This document shows, piece after piece, positions 35,238 to 37,368 of a stretch of DNA of 37,368 bases. The notes below the pieces were generated by a model, which saw only the letters and a list, made by a program, of their open reading frames with translations, searched no databases and was not told the DNA's origin. Each line of letters opens with the position of its first letter. Positions within the stretch are counted from its first letter, which is position 1. Source of the stretch: a virus (lineage: Duplodnaviria > Heunggongvirae > Uroviricota > Caudoviricetes); IMG/VR virus record IMGVR_UViG_2537561825_000012; one strand, written 5' to 3'. The position numbers were made by a program, and so were the translations under genes.

Positions 35238-35453
35238 ATGGCTGACATACTCAGGGAAATCACCGCATGGATACTGATTCTTACTGGCCTGGCGACATGC
35301 CTCAGTGCGGGGGCAGCCCTGGCTGCCCTGCTGATGCACATAACAACACAGTGGTTATGGGAAAAGCTTAAAGCAGCATACAGCCTGAAAGAGCTGTCCG
35401 ACGCTGTCCGGGCATGGAAACGGCAGAAAAATACCGGAGATACAGAACAATGA
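35238..35453 (+). CDS. Small membrane protein
   Basis: 71 aa with one hydrophobic segment; GGGAGG RBS. Confidence 0.5.
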   Translation: MADILREITAWILILTGLATCLSAGAALAALLMHITTQWLWEKLKAAYSLKELSDAVRAWKRQKNTGDTEQ

Positions 35454-36133
35454 CAGACCAGAATAAACACATTGAGAAACTGAAAAAGTTGCTGGCGCTG
35501 GCCGCATCCGGCAACCCGCACGAGGCCGCTCTGGCACTGTGCCGAGCCCGTAAACTGATGGATGTTCACGGCATCACACATTCCGACATTGCTATGAGTG
35601 ATATTGATGAAACCATCAGTCACTACTGGCCGACAGGCAGTCTCCGTCCACCGCGCTACATGCTGGGCCTGATGAACATCATCCGCGAGGTATTTGGTGT
35701 TAACTCCATCATTCACCCCGGCACGCATCCGTCTGTGGGGTTCTACGGCAACCGGGAACGTGCGGCACTGGCTGCATACACCTGGGAAGTGCTGGCCCGT
35801 CAGCTGAAAAAGGCGCGTCAGCAGTATATCAGTGCACAGAACAAAAGAATAAAAACCGCCACCCGCACCAGCCGTGGAGACCAGTTTGCCGAAGGCTGGG
35901 TGCTGGCCGTTATCAGTGAAATACAGTCCTTTGCCCTGACCGATGATGAGCGTGAACTGATGCAGCAGTGGCTGGAACATAAATACCCGCAGACGCAAAC
36001 CACCAGGGCGCGTAAACCGGGAAGAAGCCGCAATGGCGACGCCTCGCGCTATGCGGGGTTTCGTGAAGGGCAGAACGTCAGACTGCACCGCCCGGTCAGT
36101 GGGCAGGAACAACAGAAACTGGAGGCCAGATGA
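35450..36133 (+). CDS. Hypothetical early protein with KLLALAASGNPHEAALAL motif
   Basis: ATG at 35450 overlapping the upstream stop with GGAGA RBS; the ORF-track start at 35414 is less likely. Confidence 0.55.
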   Translation: MTDQNKHIEKLKKLLALAASGNPHEAALALCRARKLMDVHGITHSDIAMSDIDETISHYWPTGSLRPPRYMLGLMNIIREVFGVNSIIHPGTHPSVGFYGNRERAALAAYTWEVLARQLKKARQQYISAQNKRIKTATRTSRGDQFAEGWVLAVISEIQSFALTDDERELMQQWLEHKYPQTQTTRARKPGRSRNGDASRYAGFREGQNVRLHRPVSGQEQQKLEAR

Positions 36134-36360
36134 TTACGCTATCAGGTAAAAGCCGGAAATTAAAAGCCTGCCGAATATCTGCCAGATACCTTTTTGCCCG
36201 CGCCTTTTTTAAGAACGTCAGGCCGGGGATCACAATTGGTGTTATTGCCGGACGCGAACAGGTTGAAAAATACATGTCAGGTGCATGGTGGAATAACGAC
36301 CCTGTCATTGCTGCCCGTAATATTCATATCGAATGGGGAGGTATTCAGAATGACTACTGA
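36130..36360 (+). CDS. Hypothetical protein
   Basis: 76 aa, ATGA overlap with the upstream gene. Confidence 0.45.
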   Translation: MITLSGKSRKLKACRISARYLFARAFFKNVRPGITIGVIAGREQVEKYMSGAWWNNDPVIAARNIHIEWGGIQNDY

Positions 36361-36556
36361 AACCATTGTCTGTTTTCTTTTCTGGTATATGTACGCAGGA
36401 TCATGCAGCGCAAGACTTCATCGTTCCCTGGGCTATGGCAGGCACTACGACACCGCGCATTACATCCTGTACATGACCGCCGTCATGTTGTTCTGGCCAG
36501 TCCCCCTGCCAGCTGCAACCGACATTGTTGCCGACAGACTGAAAAAAAGGAGATGA
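36350..36556 (+). CDS. Small membrane protein
   Basis: 68 aa from ATG at 36350 with GGGGAGG RBS; hydrophobic segments. Confidence 0.45.
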   Translation: MTTETIVCFLFWYMYAGSCSARLHRSLGYGRHYDTAHYILYMTAVMLFWPVPLPAATDIVADRLKKRR

Positions 36557-36557
36557 T

Positions 36558-37007
36558 ATGCAGAAAAAACGCCTGATACAGCTTATCCATATTGCCCGTA
36601 ATGAACTGGGTATGGATGAAGACACCTACCGCCAGATGTTACAGGGGCTGACCGGTAAAGCCTCAACCAAAGGAATGGATACCACACAACTAAACTGCGT
36701 GCTGGAATCCATGAAAAAGAAAGGCTTTCGCGTTAAACCAGCCAGAAAAGCCAGCTCCGGTTTACCGCTGGATAACCATCCGCAGTCCAGGAAAATTCGT
36801 GCGCTATGGCTTGAAATGGCTGCTGCCGGCATTGTTCGTGACCGTTCAGAAAATGCATTAGCGAGGTGGATCAAGCGGGAAACGGGCATCAGCGCCCTGC
36901 GCTGGCTCAGTACTGAACAGGCAAGCAGTGTTATTGAGAAACTGAAGAAGTGGCAGCGCAGAGCTGCGGGAGTCAAACATGAGCGACCTGAATCAGTTTC
37001 GAAGTAA
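36558..37007 (+). CDS. gemA: GemA-like regulatory protein (Mu gp16 family)
   Basis: 149 aa; N-terminal KKRLIQLIHIARNELGMDEDTYR pattern; overlaps the Mor-like gene as in Mu. Confidence 0.7.
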   Translation: MQKKRLIQLIHIARNELGMDEDTYRQMLQGLTGKASTKGMDTTQLNCVLESMKKKGFRVKPARKASSGLPLDNHPQSRKIRALWLEMAAAGIVRDRSENALARWIKRETGISALRWLSTEQASSVIEKLKKWQRRAAGVKHERPESVSK

Positions 37008-37368
37008 GGGGCCGGAACTCCTGGTGGAACTGGCACAGCATACCTCTGAGACCGTTCGCGAGATTATTGATATTGAGCCCGAAGTTGCCGACCAGATTGG
37101 TCAGGCCGTCGCGAACCGAATGATGCAGGTCTGGGGCGGGCAAAACGTTTATTTCCCGATGGGCATGGTATGGAAGGTCAGTCAGCGCGACCGGGAAATC
37201 TTCAGGGAGTTTAACGGACGCAACCACCACGAACTGGCCCGCAAATTTGGTGTTTCGCTTCAGTGGGTCTACAGCGTGGTTAAGCGGGTAAGAAAAGAAG
37301 AACTGGATCGGATGCAGGGCAAGCTATTTGCTGATGAACCCGATGCAGATACGGAGAAAAAAGAGTAA
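36979..37368 (+). CDS. mor: Mor-family transcriptional activator
   Basis: 129 aa; conserved GGQNVYFP...FNGRN..ELARKFGVS...VY pattern of Mor/C activators; stop codon is the last triplet of the window. Confidence 0.75.
   Translation: MSDLNQFRSKGPELLVELAQHTSETVREIIDIEPEVADQIGQAVANRMMQVWGGQNVYFPMGMVWKVSQRDREIFREFNGRNHHELARKFGVSLQWVYSVVKRVRKEELDRMQGKLFADEPDADTEKKE

Larger units (their letters stand above)
747..37368. mobile_element. Mu-like transposable prophage; one end at 747, other end beyond the window
   Basis: Contiguous gene set: Gin invertase, tail fibre, P2-type tail, Mu-type head (I, T, F, G, portal, terminase), lysis genes, repressor, DDE transposase A, AAA+ B, Gam, GemA, Mor. TG-terminated end interrupts yafV. 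Confidence 0.8.

Noticed and set aside
35414-35449. Upstream ATG start for the 239-aa ORF
   Set aside because: The downstream ATG at 35450 overlaps the preceding stop (ATGA) and has a better RBS.

Overview
Almost the whole window (747 to the right edge) is one Mu-like transposable prophage inserted into the host gene yafV, next to an ISAs1/H-repeat transposase remnant (1-225). All calls are made by eye from the sequence and ORF track; family assignments rest on remembered motifs and gene order, not on database searches.

Layout:
- 747-824: TG-terminated phage end with repeated transposase-binding-like motifs, directly abutting a Gin-family serine invertase (825-1397).
- 1452-4327: tail-fibre gene with a three-cassette invertible switch (three gix-like sites, three alternative C-terminal cassettes, one tail-fibre assembly gene).
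- 4324-25825, minus strand: late genes. P2-type contractile tail and baseplate, frameshifted tail chaperone, Mu-type head genes (terminase, portal, F, G, I/Z, T), and a lysis cassette (holin-like, SLT endolysin, nested spanins, gp25-like).
- 25923-28232, plus strand: accessory module. P-loop kinase-like protein, an antisense 134-aa ORF, a 71-aa ORF and a Dam-family methyltransferase.
- 28317-37368: CI/Cro-type repressor divergent from a rightward early operon (Ner-like, regulators, DDE transposase A, AAA+ B, Gam, small accessory proteins, GemA, Mor).

The strongest candidates for something new are the three-site fibre inversion switch and the central accessory module. The divergent late-left / early-right arrangement, with no C-type late activator and no com/mom in the window, is also unlike canonical Mu. 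No rRNA, tRNA or CRISPR array was recognised.
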